A stretch of DNA of 64,000 nucleotides from the human T2T-CHM13v2.0 reference genome, Homo sapiens: the NCBI RefSeq assembly GCF_009914755.1, contig NC_060933.1; one strand, written 5' to 3'. Every line of letters begins with the position of its first letter. Within the stretch, counting starts at the first letter, position 1. The notes under the pieces are model-generated. The model was given only the letters and a program-made list of their open reading frames with translations, had not been told where the DNA came from and searched no databases. The position numbers and the translations under genes are program-made. Below are positions 45,401 through 59,949 of the stretch, in pieces.

Positions 45401-45990
45401 ATGGAATGGAATGGAAACGAATAGAATGGAATCAACCCGAGTGGAATGGAATGGAAAGGACTGGAATGGAATGGAATGGAATGGAATGGAATGGAATCAA
45501 CTCGATTGGAATGGAATGGAATGGAATGGAATGGAATGGAATGGAATGGAATGGAATTAACCCGAATACAATGGAATGGAATGGAATGCAAAGGAATGGA
45601 GTGGAATGGAATGGAATCAACCCGAGTGCAGGGGAATGCAATGGAATTGAATGCAATGGAATGGAGTCATCCGGAATGGAATGGAATGGAATGGAATGCA
45701 AAACAATGGAATCAACTCGATTGCAATGGAATGGAATGGAATGGAAAGGAATACATTGGAATCAACCCGAGTGGAATGGAATGGAAAGGACTGGAATGGA
45801 ATGGAATGGAATCAACTCGATTGGAATGGAATGGAAAGGAATGGAATGGAATGGAATGGAATTAACCCGAATAGAATGGAATGGAATGGAATGGAACGGA
45901 ACGGAACGGAATGGAATGGAATGGAATGGAATGGAATGGAATGGAATGGAATGGAATCAACCCGACTGCAGGGGAATGGAATGGAATGGA
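42460..45990 (+). repeat. Near-tandem duplication with ~2.36 kb offset (~42460-43650 vs ~44830-45990)
   Basis: Shared GGAAAGCCTTCAAACC (42797/45148), GGAGTCATCC (43302/45663) and CGTTCCGAG (42967/45323). Confidence 0.85.
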
Positions 45991-46630
45991 ATGCAATGGA
46001 ATCAACCCGAGTACAGGGGAATGGAATGGAATGGAATGCAATGGAATAGAATCATCCGGAATGGAATGGAATGGAATGGAATGGAATGGAATGGAATGGA
46101 ATGGAATGGAATCAACTAGATTGCAATCGAATGGAATGGAATGGAATTAACGCGAATAGAATGGAATGGAATGGAATGGAACGGAACGGAACGGAATGGA
46201 ATGGAATGGAATGGAATGGAATGGAACGGAAAGGAATGGAATGGAATGGAATGGAATGGAATTAACCCGAATAGAATGGAATGGAATGGAATGGAACGGA
46301 ACGGAACGGAACGGAATGGAATGGAATGGAATGGAATGGAATGGAATGGAATCAACCCAACTGCAGGGGAATGGAATGGAATGGAATGCAATGGAATCAA
46401 CCCGAGTACAGGGGAATGGAATGGAATGGAATGCAATGGAATAGAATCATCCGTAATGGAATGGAAAGGAATGGAATGGAATGGAATGGAATGGAATGGA
46501 ATGGAATCAACTCGATTGCAATCGAATGGAATGGAATGGAATTAACGCGAATAGAATGGAATGGAATGGAAGGGAACGGAACGGAATGGAATGGAATGGA
46601 ATGGAATGGAACGGAAAGGAATGGAATGGA
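45860..46630 (+). repeat. Local tandem duplication, ~2 x 400 bp
   Basis: Units start at 45861 and 46261. Both have the truncated CTGCAGGGG-to-CAACCCGAGTACAGG junction, GGAATAGAATCATCC and TAACGCGAAT (46148/46543). Confidence 0.85.
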
Positions 46631-49600
46631 ATGGAATGGAATGGAATCAACGCGAGTGCAGGGGAATGGAATGGAATCGAATGTAATGGAATGGAATGGA
46701 ATGGAATAAACCCGAGTGCAGGGGAATGTAATGGAAAGGAATGCAACGGAATGGAATCATCCGGAATGGAATGGAATGGAATGGAATGCAAAGCAATGGA
46801 ATCAACTCGATTGCAATGGAATGGAATGGAATGGAAAGGAATACATTGGAATCAACCCGAGTGGAATGGAATGGAAAGGACTGGAATGGAGTGGAATGGA
46901 ATGGAATGGAATGGAATGGAAACAACTCGATTGGAATGGAATGGAATGGAATGGAATGGAATGGAATGGAATTGAATGGAATGGAATTCACCCGAATAGA
47001 ATGGAATGGAATGGAATGGAACGAAATGGAATGGAATGGAATGGAATGGAATGGAATGGAATGGAATCAACCCGACTGCAGGGGAATGGAATGGAATGGA
47101 ATGGAATGGAATGGAATGGAATCATCCGGAACGGAATGGAATGGAATGGAATGGAATCAACTCGATTGCAATGGAATGGAAGGGAATGGAATGGAATCGA
47201 ATGTAATGGAATGGAATTAACCAGAATAGAATGGAATGGAATGGAATGGAACGGAATGGAATGGAATGGAATGGAATGGAATGGAATCAACCCGAGTGCA
47301 GGGGAATGGAATGGAATGGAATGCAATGGAATGGAATCATCCGGAATGGAATGGAATGGAATGGAATGCCATCAACCTGATGCAATGGAATGGAGTGGAA
47401 TGGAATGGAATGGAATGGAAACATCCCGAATGGAATGGAATGTAATGGAGTGTAAGGGAATTGAATAGAATCAATCCGAATGTAATGGAATGGAATGGAA
47501 TGAAATGGAATGGAATGGAATGGAATGGAATCAACCCGAGTGCAATGGAATGGATTCGAATGGAATGGAATGGAATGGAATGGATTCAACAAGAATGGAA
47601 TGGAAAGGAATGGAATCAACCCGAGTGTAATGGCATGGAATGGAACGGAATGGAATGGGATGGAATGGAATGGTACGGAATAGAATGGAATGGAATGAAA
47701 TGGAATGGAATGGAATGGAATGGAATGGAATGGAATGGAATGGAATGAACCCGTGTGCAATGGAATGGAATGGAATGGAATGGATTCAACTCGAATGGAA
47801 TCAACTCGATTGCAATGGAATGGAATGGAATGGAAAGGAATAGAATGGAATCAACCCGAGTGGAATGGAATGGAAAGGACTGGAATGGAGTGGAATGCAA
47901 TGGAATGGAATTAACCCGAATAGAATGAAATGGAACGGAATGGAACGGAATGTAATGCAATGGAATCGAATGGAATCAACCCGAGTGCAGGGGAATGGAA
48001 TGGAATGGAATGCAATGGAATGGAATCATCCGGAATGGAATGGAATGGAATGGAATCAACTCGATTTCAATGGAATGGAATGGAATAGAATGGAATGGAA
48101 TTAACACGAATAGAATGGAATGGAATGGAATGGAATGGAACAGAAAGGAATGGAATGGAATGGAATGGAATCAACCCAAGTGCTGGGGAATGGAATGGAA
48201 TGGAATTCAATGGAATGGAGTCATCCGGAATGGAATGGAATGGAATGGAATGGAATGATACGGAATAGAATGGAATGGAACGAAATGGAATGGAAAGGAA
48301 TGGAATGGAATGGAATGGAATGGAATGGAATCAACCCGAGTGCAGGGGAATGGAATGGAATGGAATGCAATGGAATGGAATCATCCGGAATGGAATGAAT
48401 GGAATGGAATGCAAAGCAATGGAATCAACTCGATTGCAATGGAATGGAATGGAATGGAAAGGAATACATTGGAATCAACCCGAGTGGAATGGAATGGAAA
48501 GGACTGGAATGGAGTGGAATGGAATGGAATGGAATGGAATGGAATCAACTCGATTGGAATGGAATGGAATGGAATGGAATTAACCCGAATAGAATGGAAT
48601 GGAATGGAATGCAACGGAACGGAATGGAATGGAATGGAATGGAATGGAATGGAATGGAATGGAATCAACCCGACTGCAGGGGAATGGAATGGAATGGAAG
48701 GCAATGGAATGGATTCAACTTGAATGGAATGGAAAGAATGGAATCAACACGAGTGGAATGGCATGGATTGGAATGGAATGGAATGGAATCAACCCGAGTA
48801 CAGGGGAATGGAATGGAATGGAATGCAATGGAATGGAATCATCCGTAATGGAATGGAAAGGAATGGAATGGAATGGAATGGAATGGAATGGAATGGAATG
48901 GAATCAACTCGATTGCAATCGAATGGAATGGAATGGAATTAACCCGAATAGAATGGAATGGAATGGAATGGAACGGAACGGAACGGAACGGAACGGAGTG
49001 GAATGGAATGGAATAGAATTGTATGGAATGGAATGGCATGGTACGGAATAGAATGGAATGGAAAGAATTGGAATGGAATGACATCGAATGGAATGGAATG
49101 GAATGGAATGGAATCAACCAGAGTGCAATGGAATGGAGTGGAATGGAATGGAATGGAATGGAACAACCCGAATGGAATGGAATGTAATGGAGAGTAAGGG
49201 AGATGAATAGAATCAATCCGAATGTAATGGATTGGAATGGAATGGAATGGAATTGAATGGAATGGAATGGAATGCAATGGAATGGAATCAACCCGAGTGC
49301 AATCGAATGGAATCGAATGGAATGGAATGCAATGGAATGGATTCAACTTGAATGGAATGGAAAGAATGGAATCAACACGAGTGGAATGGCATGGATTGGA
49401 ATGGAATGGAATGGAATCAACCCGAGTACAGGGGAATGGAATGGAATGGAATGCAATGGAATGGAATCATCCGTAATGGAATGGAAAGGAATGCAGTGGA
49501 ATGGAATGGAATGGAATGGAATCAACTCGATTGCAATCGAATGGAATGGAATGGAATTAACCCGAATAGAATGGAATGGAATGGAATGGAACGGAACGGA

Positions 49601-49654
49601 ATGGAATGGAATGGAATGGAATGCAACGGAATGGAAAGGAATGGAATGGAATGG

Positions 49655-52600
49655 AATGCAATGGAATGGAATCAACCCGAGTGCAATGGAATGGAGAGGA
49701 ATGGAATGGAATGCAATTGAAACTACCAGAATGGAATGTAATGGAGTGTAAGGGAATTGAATAGAATCAATCCGAATGTAATGGAATGGAATGGAACGGA
49801 ATGGAATGGAATGGAATGGAATGGAATGGAATGGAATGCAATGGAATGGAATCAACCCGAGTGCAATCAAATGGAATCGAATGGAATGGAATGCAATGGA
49901 ATGGATTCAACTTGAATGGAATGGAAAGAATGGAATCAACACGAGTGGAATGGCATGGATTGGAATGGAATGGAATGGAATCAACCCGAGTACAGGGGAA
50001 TGGAATGGAATGGAATGCAATGGAATGGAATCAACCGTAATGGAATTGAAAGGAATGGAATGGAATGGAATGGAATGGAATGGAATGGAATGGAATCAAC
50101 TCGATTGCAATCGAATGGAATGGAATGGAATTAACCCGAATAGAATGGAATGGAATGGAATGGAACGGAACGGAATGGAATGGAATGGAATGGAATGCAA
50201 TGGAATGGAACGGAACGGAATGGAATGGAATGGAATGGAATGGAATCAACGCGAGTGCAGGGGAATGGAATGGAATGGAATGCAATGGAATGGAATCTTC
50301 CGGAATGGAATGAAATGGAATGGAATGGAATGAAATGCAATGGATTCAACTCGATTGCAATGGAATGGAATAGAATGGAATGGAATGGAATGGAATGGAA
50401 TGGAATTAATCCGAATAGAATGGAATGGAATGCAATGGAACGGAATGGAATGGAATGGAATGGAATGGAATTGTATGGAATGGAATGGAATGGTACGGAA
50501 TAGAATGGAATGGAACGAATTGTAATGGAATGGAATTGAATGGAATGGAATGGAACGGAATGGAATCAACGCGAGTCCAGGGGAATGTAATGGAATGGAA
50601 TGCAATGGAATGGAATCATCCGGAATGGAATGGAATGGAATGGAATGGAATGGAATCAACCCGAGTGCAATGGAATGGAGTGGAATGGAATGGAATGGAA
50701 TGGAACAACCAGAATGGAATGGAATGTAATGGAGAGTAAGGGAGTTGAATAGAATCAATCCGAATGTAATGGAATGGAATGCAACGGAATGGAATGGAAT
50801 GGAATGGAATGGAATGCAATGGAATTGAATCAACCCGAGTACAATGGAATGGAATGGAATGGAATGGAATGGAATGGAATGGAATGGAATGGAATGGAAT
50901 GATACGGAATAGAATGGAATGGAAAGAAATGGAATGGAAAGGAATGGAATGGAATGGAATGGAATGGAATGGAATGGAATGGAATCAACCCGAGTGCAGG
51001 GGAATGGAATGGAATGGAATGCAATGGAATGGAATCATCCGGAATGGAATGGAATGGAATGGAATGCAAAGCAAAGGAATCAACTCGATTGCAATGGAAT
51101 GGAATGGAATGGAAAGGAATACATTGGAATCAACCCGAGTGGAATGGAATGGAAAGGACTGGAATGGAGTGGAATGGAATGGAATGGAATGGAATGGAAT
51201 CAACTCGATTGGAATGGAATGGAATGGAATGGAATTAACCCGAATAGAATGGAATGGAATGGAATGGAACGGAACGGAATGGAATGGAATGGAATGGAAT
51301 GGAATGGAATGGAATGGAATCAACCCGACTGCAGGGGAATGGAATGGAATGGAAAGCAATGGAATGGATTCAACTTGAATGGAATGGAAAGAATGGAATC
51401 AACACGAGTGGAATGGCATGGATTGGAATGGAATGGAATGGAATCAACCCGAGTACAGGGGAATGGAATGGAATGGAATGCAATGGAATGGAATCATCCG
51501 TAATGGAATGGAAAGGAATGGAATGGAATGGAATGGAATGGAATGGAATCAACTCGATTGCAATCGAATGGAATGGAATGGAATTAACCCGAATAGAATG
51601 GAATGGAATGGAATGGAACGGAACGGAACGGAACGGAACGGAGTGGAATGGAATGGAATGGAATTGTATGGAATGGAATGGCATGGTACGGAATAGAATG
51701 GAATGGAAAGAATTGGAATGGAATGACATCGAATGGAATGGAATGGAATGGAATGGAATCAACCCGAGTGCAATGGAATGGAGTGGAATGGAATGGAATG
51801 GAATGGAACAACCCGAATGGAATGGAATGTAATGGAGAGTAAGGGAGATGAATAGAATCAATCCGAATGTAATGGAATGGAATGCAACGGAATGGAAAGG
51901 AATGGAATGGAATGGAATGGAATGCAATGGAATGGAATCAACCCGAGTACAATGGAATGGAATGGAATGGAATGGAATGGAATGGAATGGAATGGAATGC
52001 CTTCAAATCGAATGGAATGGAAAGGAATGGAATCAACACGAGTGGAATGGAATGGAATGGAATGGAATGGAATGGAATGGAATGATACGGAATAGAATGG
52101 AATGCAACGAAATGGAATGGAATGGAATGGAATGGAATGGAATGGAATGGAATCGTTCCGAGTGGAATAGGAGGGAATGTATTCGAGTGGAATGGAAAGG
52201 AATGGAATCAACCAGAGTGGAATGGAAGGGAATGGAATGGAATGGAAACTAATAGAATGGAATCAACCCGAGTGGAATGGAATGGAAAGGACTGGAATGG
52301 AAAGCAATGGAATGGAATGGAATGGAATGGAATGGAATGGAATGGAATGGAATCAACGCGAGTGCAGGAGAATGGAATGGAATCGAATGGAATGGAATGG
52401 AATGGAATGGAATAAACCCGAGTGCAGGGGAATGTAATGGAACGGAATGCAATGGAATGGAATCATCCGGAATGGAATGGAATGGAATCAACCCGAATGG
52501 AATGGAATGTAATGGAGAGTAAGGGAGTTGAAAAGAATCAATCCGAATGTAATGGAATGGAATGGAACGGAATGGAATGGAATGGAATGGAATGCAATGG

Positions 52601-55600
52601 AATGGAATCTTCCGGAATGGAATGGAATGGAATGGAATGGAATGGAATGGAATGCAATGGATTCAACTCGATTGCAATGGAATGGAATAGAATGGAATGG
52701 AATGGAATGGAATGGAATTAAACCGAATAGAATGGAATGGAATGGAATGGAACGGAACGGAACGGAACGGAACGGAGTGGAATGGAATGGAATGGAATTG
52801 TATGGAATGGAATGGAATGTTACGGAATAGAATGGAATGGAAAGAATTGGAATGGAATGGAATCGAATGCAATGGAGTGGAATGGAATGGAATCAACCCG
52901 AGTGCAGGGGAATGTAATGGAACGGAATGCAATGGAATGGAATCATCCGGAATGGAATGGAATGGAATTGAATGGAATGGAATGGAATGGAATCAACCCG
53001 AGTGCAATGGAATGCAGTGGAATGGAATGGAATGGAATGGAACAACGCGAATGGAATGGAATGTAATGGAGAGTTAGGGAGTTGAATAGAATCAATCCGA
53101 ATGTGATGGAATGGAACGGAATGAAATGGAATGGAATGAAATGGAATGGAATGGAATGGAATGGAATGCAATGGAATGGAATCAACCCGAGTACAATGGA
53201 ACGGAATGGAATGGAATGGAATGGAATCGAATGGAATGGAATGGAATGGAATGGAATGGAATGGAATCAACCCGAGTGCAATGGAATGGAGTGGAATGGA
53301 ATGGAATGGAATGGAACAACCCGAATGGAATGGAATGTAATGGAGAGTAAGGGAGTTGAATAGAATCAATCCGAATGTAATGGAATGAAAAGGAATGGAA
53401 TGGAATGGAATGGAATGGAATGGAATGGAATGGAATGGAATGGAATGGAATGGAGTGCAATGGAATGGAATCAACCCGAGTACAATGGAACGGAATGGAA
53501 TGGAATGTAATGTAATGGAATGGAATGGAATGGAATGGAATGGAATGGAATGGAATCAACCCGAGTGCAATGGAATGGAGAGGAATGGAATGGAATGGAA
53601 TGGAAACTACCCGAATGGAATGGAATGTAATGGAGTGTAAGGGAATTGAATAGAATCAATCCGAATGGAATGGAATGGAATGGAACGAAATGTAATGGAA
53701 TGGAATGGAATGGAATCAACCCGAGTGCAGGGGAATGGAATGGAATGGAATGCAATGGAATGGAATCATCCGGAATGGAATGGAATGGAATGCAATGGAA
53801 TGGAATGGAATGGAATCAACCCGAGTGCAATGGAATGGAGTGAAATGGAATGGAATGGAATGGAAACAACCAGAATGGATTGGAATATAATGGAGTGTAA
53901 GGGAATTGAATAGAATCAATCTGAATGTAATGAAATGGAATGGAACGGAATGGAATGGAATGGAATGGAATGGAGTGGAATGGAATGCAATGGAATGGAA
54001 TCAACCCGAGTGCAATCGAATGGAATCGAATGGAATGGAATGCAATGGAATGGATTCAACTTGAATGGAAAGGAAAGAATGGAATCAACACGAGTGGAAT
54101 GGCATGGATTGGAATGGAATGGAATGGAATCAACCCGAGTACAGGGGAATGGAATGGAATGGAAAGCAATGGAATAGAATCATCCGTAATGGAATGGAAA
54201 GGAATGGAAAGGACTGGAATGGAATGGAATGGAATGGAATGGAATGGAATCAACTCGATTGCAATCGAATGGAATGGAATGGAATTAACCCGAATAGAAT
54301 GGAATGGAATGGAATGGAACGGAAAGGAACGGAATGGAATGGAATGGAATGGAACGGAAAGGAATGGAATGGAATGGAATGGAATGGAATGGAATGGAAT
54401 GGAATGGAATGGAATCAACGCGAGTGCAGGGGAATGGAATGGAATCGAATGGAATGGAAAGGAATTTAATGGAATCAACCCGAGCGCAGGGGAATGTAAT
54501 GGAACGGAATGCAATGGAATGGAATCATCCGGAATGGAATGGAATGGAATGGAATGGAATCAACCCGAGTGCAATGGAATGGAGTGGAATGGAATGGAAT
54601 GGAATGGAACAACCCGAATGGAATGGAATGTAATGGAGAGTAAGAGAGTTGAAAAGAATCAATCCAAATGTAATGGAATGGAATGGAACGGAATGGAATG
54701 GAATGGAATGGAATGGAATGGAATGGAATGCAATGGAATGGAATCAACCCGAGTACAATGGAATGGAATGGAATGGAATGGAATGGAATGGAATGGAATG
54801 GAATGGAATGGAATGGAATGCAATGGAATGGAATCTTCCGGAATGGAATGGAATGGAATGGAATGGAATGGAGTGGAATGCAATGGATTCAACTCGATTG
54901 CAATGGAATGGAATAGAATGGAATGGAATGGAATGGAATGCATTGGAATTAAACCGAATAGAATGGAATGGAATGGAATGGAATGGAACAGAACGGTACG
55001 GAACGGAACGGAGTGGAAAGGAATGGAATGGAATTGTATGGAATGGAATAGAATGGTACGGAATAGAAAGGAATGGAAAGAATTGGAATGGAATGGAATG
55101 GAATGGAATGGAATGGAATGGAATGGAATCAACCCGAGTGCAATGGAATGGAGTGGAATGGAATGGAATGGAATGGAATGGAACAACCCGAATGGAATGG
55201 AATGTAATGGAGAGTAAGGGAGTTGAACAGAATCAATCCGAATGTAATGGAATGGAACGGAATGGAATGGAATGGAATGGAATGGAATGGAATGGAATGG
55301 AATGGAATGCAATGGAATGGAATCAACCCGAGTACAAAGGAACGGAATGTAATGTAATGGAATGGAATGGAATGGAATGGAATGGAATGGAATCAACCCG
55401 AGTGGAATGGAATGGAGAGGAATGGAATGGAATGGAATGGAAACTACCGAATGGAATGGAATGTAATGGAGTGTAAGGGAATTGAATAGAATCAATCCGA
55501 ATGGAATGGAATGGAATAGAACGGAATGTAATGTAATGGAATGGAATGGAATCAACCTGAGTGCAGGGGAATGGAATGGAATGGAATGCAATGGAATGGA

Positions 55601-58600
55601 ATCATCCGGAATGGAATGGAATGGAATGCAATGGAATGGAATGGAATGGAATCAACCCGAGTGCAATGGAATGGAGTGAAATGGAATGGAATGGAATGGA
55701 GACAACCAGAATGGATTGGAATATAATGGAGTGTAAGGGAATTGAATAGAATAAATCTGAATGTAATGAAATGGAATGGAACGGAATGGAATGGAATGGA
55801 ATGGAATGGAATGGAATGCAATGGAATGGAATCAACCCGAGTGCAATCGAATGGAATCGAATGGAATGGAATGCAATGGAATGGATTCAACTTGAATGGA
55901 ATGGAAAGAATGGAATCAACACGAGTGGAATGGCATGGATTGGAATGGAATGGAATGGAATCAACCCGAGTATAGGGGAATGGAATGGAATGGAATGCAA
56001 TGGAATGGAATCATCCGTAATGGAATGGAAAGGAATGGAATGGAATGGAATGGAATGGAATCAACTCGATTGCAATCGAATGGAATGGAATGGAATTAAC
56101 CCGAATAGACAGGAATGGAATGGAATGGAACGGAACGGAATGGAATGGAATGGAATGGAATGGAACGGAAAGGAAGGGAATGGAATGGAATAGAATGGAA
56201 TGGAATGGAATCAACGCGAGTGCAGGGGAATGGAATGGAATGGAATGCAATGGAATGGAATCTTCCGGAATGGAATGGAATGGAATGGAATGGAATGGAA
56301 TTGAATGGAATCAACCCGAGTGCAATGGAATGAAGTGGAATGGAATGGAATGGAATGGAACAACCCGAATGGAATGGAATGTAATGGAGAGTAAGGGAGT
56401 TGAATAGAATCAATCCGAATGTAATGGAATGGAATGGAACGGAATGGAATTGAATGGAATGGAATGGAATGCAATGGAATGGAATCAACCCGAGTGCAAT
56501 GGAATGGAGAGGAATGGAATGGAATGCAATGGAAACTACCCAAATGGAATGTAATGGAGTGTAAGGGAATTGAATAGAATCAATCTGAATGTAGTGGAAT
56601 GGAATGGAACGGAATGGAATGGAATGGAATGGAATGGAATGGAATGGAATGGAATGCAATGGAATGGAATCAACCGTAATGGAATTGAAAGGAATGGAAT
56701 GGAATGGAATGGAATGGAATGGAATGGAATGGAATGGAATGGAATCAACTCGATTGCAATCGAATGGAATGGAATGGAATTAACCCGAATAGAATGGAAT
56801 GGAATGGAATGGAACGGAACGGAATTGAATGGAATGGAATGGAATGGAATGGAATGGAACGGAACGGAATGGAATGGAATGGAATGGAATGGAATCAACG
56901 CGAGTGCAGGGGAATGGAATGGAATGGAATGCAATGGAATGGAATCTTCCGGAATGGAATGAAATGGAATGGAATGGAATGAAATGCAATGGATTCAACT
57001 CGATTGCAATGGAATGGAATAGAATGGAACGGAATGGAATGGAATGGAATGGAATTAATCCGAATAGAATGGAATGGAATGCAATGGAACGGAATGGAAT
57101 GGAATGGAATGGAATGGAATTGTATGGAATGGAATGGAATGGTACGGAATAGAATGGAATGGAACGAATTGTAATGGAATGGAATTGAATGGAATGGAAT
57201 GGAACGGAATGGAATCAACGCGAGTCCAGGGGAATGTAATGGAATGGAATGCAATGGAATGGAATCATCCGGAATGGAATGGAATGGAATGGAATGGAAT
57301 GGAATCAACCCGAGTGCAATGGAATGGAGTGGAATGGAATGGAATGGAATGAAACAACCAGAATGGAATGGAATGTAATGGAGAGTAAGGGAGTTGAATA
57401 GAATCAATCCGAATGTAATGGAATGGAATGCAACGGAATGGAATGGAATGGAATGGAATGGAATGCAATGGAATTGAATCAACCCGAGTACAATGGAATG
57501 GAATGGAATGGAATGGAATGGAATGGAATGGAATGGAATGGAATGGAATGATACGGAATAGAATGGAATGGAAAGAAATGGAATGGAAAGTAATGGAATG
57601 GAATGGAATGGAATGGAATGGAATGGAATCAACCCGAGTGCAGGGGAATGGAATGGAATGGAATGCAATGGAATGGAATCATCCGGAATGGAATGGAATG
57701 GAATGGAATGCAAAGCAATGGAATCAACTCGATTGCAATGGAATGGAATGGAATGGAAAGGAATACATTGGAATCAACCCGAGTGGAATGGAATGGAAAG
57801 GACTGGAATGGAGTGGAATGGAATGGAATGGAATGGAATGGAATCAACTCGATTGGAATGGAATGGAATGGAATGGAATTAACCCGAATAGAATGGAATG
57901 GAATGGAATGGAACGGAACGGAATGGAATGGAATGGAATGGAATGGAATGGAATGGAATGGAATCAACCCGACTGCAGGGGAATGGAATGGAATGGAAGG
58001 CAATGGAATGGATTCAACTTGAATGGAATGGAAAGAATGGAATCAACACGAGTGGAATGGCATGGATTGGAATGGAATGGAATGGAATCAACCCGAGTAC
58101 AGGGGAATGGAATGGAATGGAATGCAATGGAATGGAATCATCCGTAATGGAATGGAAAGGAATGGAATGGAATGGAATGGAATGGAATGGAATCAACTCG
58201 ATTGCAATCGAATGGAATGGAATGGAATTAACCCGAATAGAATGGAATGGAATGGAATGGAACGGAACGGAACGGAACGGAACGGAGTGGAATGGAATGG
58301 AATGGAATTGTATGGAATGGAATGGCATGGTACGGAATAGAATGGAATGGAAAGAATTGGAATGGAATGACATCGAATGGAATGGAATGGAATGGAATGG
58401 AATCAACCCGAGTGCAATGGAATGGAGTGGAATGGAATGGAATGGAATGGAACAACCCGAATGGAATGGAATGTAATGGAGAGTAAGGGAGATGAATAGA
58501 ATCAATCCGAATGTAATGGAATGGAATGCAACGGAATGGAAAGGAATGGAATGGAATGGAATGGAATGCAATGGAATGGAATCAACACGAGTACAATGGA

Positions 58601-59920
58601 ATGGAATGGAATGGAATGGAATGGAATGGAATGGAATGGAATGCCTTCAAATCGAATGGAATGGAAAGGAATGGAATCAACACGAGTGGAATGGAATGGA
58701 ATGGAATGGAATGGAATGGAATGGAATGATACGGAATAGAATGGAATGCAACGAAATGGAATGGAATGGAATGGAATGGAATGGAATGGAATGGAATCGT
58801 TCCGAGTGGAATAGGAGGGAATGTATTCGAGTGGAATGGAAAGGAATGGAATCAACCAGAGTGGAATGGAAGGGAATGGAATGGAATGGAAACTAATAGA
58901 ATGGAATCAACCCGAGTGGAATGGAATGGAAAGGACTGGAATGGAAAGCAATGGAATGGAATGGAATGGAATGGAATGGAATGGAATGGAATGGAATCAA
59001 CGCGAGTGCAGGAGAATGGAATGGAATCGAATGGAATGGAATGGAATGGAATGGAATAAACCCGAGTGCAGGGGAATGTAATGGAACGGAATGCAATGGA
59101 ATGGAATCATCCGGAATGGAATGGAATGGAATCAACCCGAATGGAATGGAATGTAATGGAGAGTAAGGGAGTTGAAAAGAATCAATCCGAATGTAATGGA
59201 ATGGAATGGAACGGAATGGAATGGAATGGAATGGAATGCAATGGAATGGAATCTTCCGGAATGGAATGGAATGGAATGGAATGGAATGGAATGGAATGCA
59301 ATGGATTCAACTCGATTGCAATGGAATGGAATAGAATGGAATGGAATGGAATGGAATGGAATTAAACCGAATAGAATGGAATGGAATGGAATGGAACGGA
59401 ACGGAACGGAACGGAACGGAGTGGAATGGAATGGAATGGAATTGTATGGAATGGAATGGAATGTTACGGAATAGAATGGAATGGAAAGAATTGGAATGGA
59501 ATGGAATCGAATGCAATGGAGTGGAATGGAATGGAATCAACCCGAGTGCAGGGGAATGTAATGGAACGGAATGCAATGGAATGGAATCATCCGGAATGGA
59601 ATGGAATGGAATTGAATGGAATGGAATGGAATGGAATCAACCCGAGTGCAATGGAATGCAGTGGAATGGAATGGAATGGAATGGAACAACGCGAATGGAA
59701 TGGAATGTAATGGAGAGTTAGGGAGTTGAATAGAATCAATCCGAATGTAATGGAATGGAACGGAATGGAATGGAATGGAATGAAATGGAATGGAATGGAA
59801 TGGAATGGAATGCAATGGAATGGAATCAACCCGAGTACAATGGAACGGAATGGAATGGAATGGAATGGCATGGAATGGAATGGAATGGAATGGAATGGAA
59901 TGGAATGGAATCAACCCGAG
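49655..59920 (+). repeat. Young duplication, ~49655-53280 vs ~56468-59920 (offset 6644)
   Basis: The offset is exactly 6644 from 51066/57710 to 53268/59912, and ORF translations are identical (51254/57898, 52122/58766, 52737/59381). Confidence 0.93.
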
Positions 59921-59949
59921 AGCAATGGAATGGAGAGGAATGGAATTGA

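Noticed and set aside
53940-55217. 425-aa plus-strand MEWNG-repeat ORF and similar ORFs
   Set aside because: Direct translation of (GGAAT)n, which has an ATG at every pentamer junction and no stops. Not evidence of a pentapeptide-repeat protein gene.
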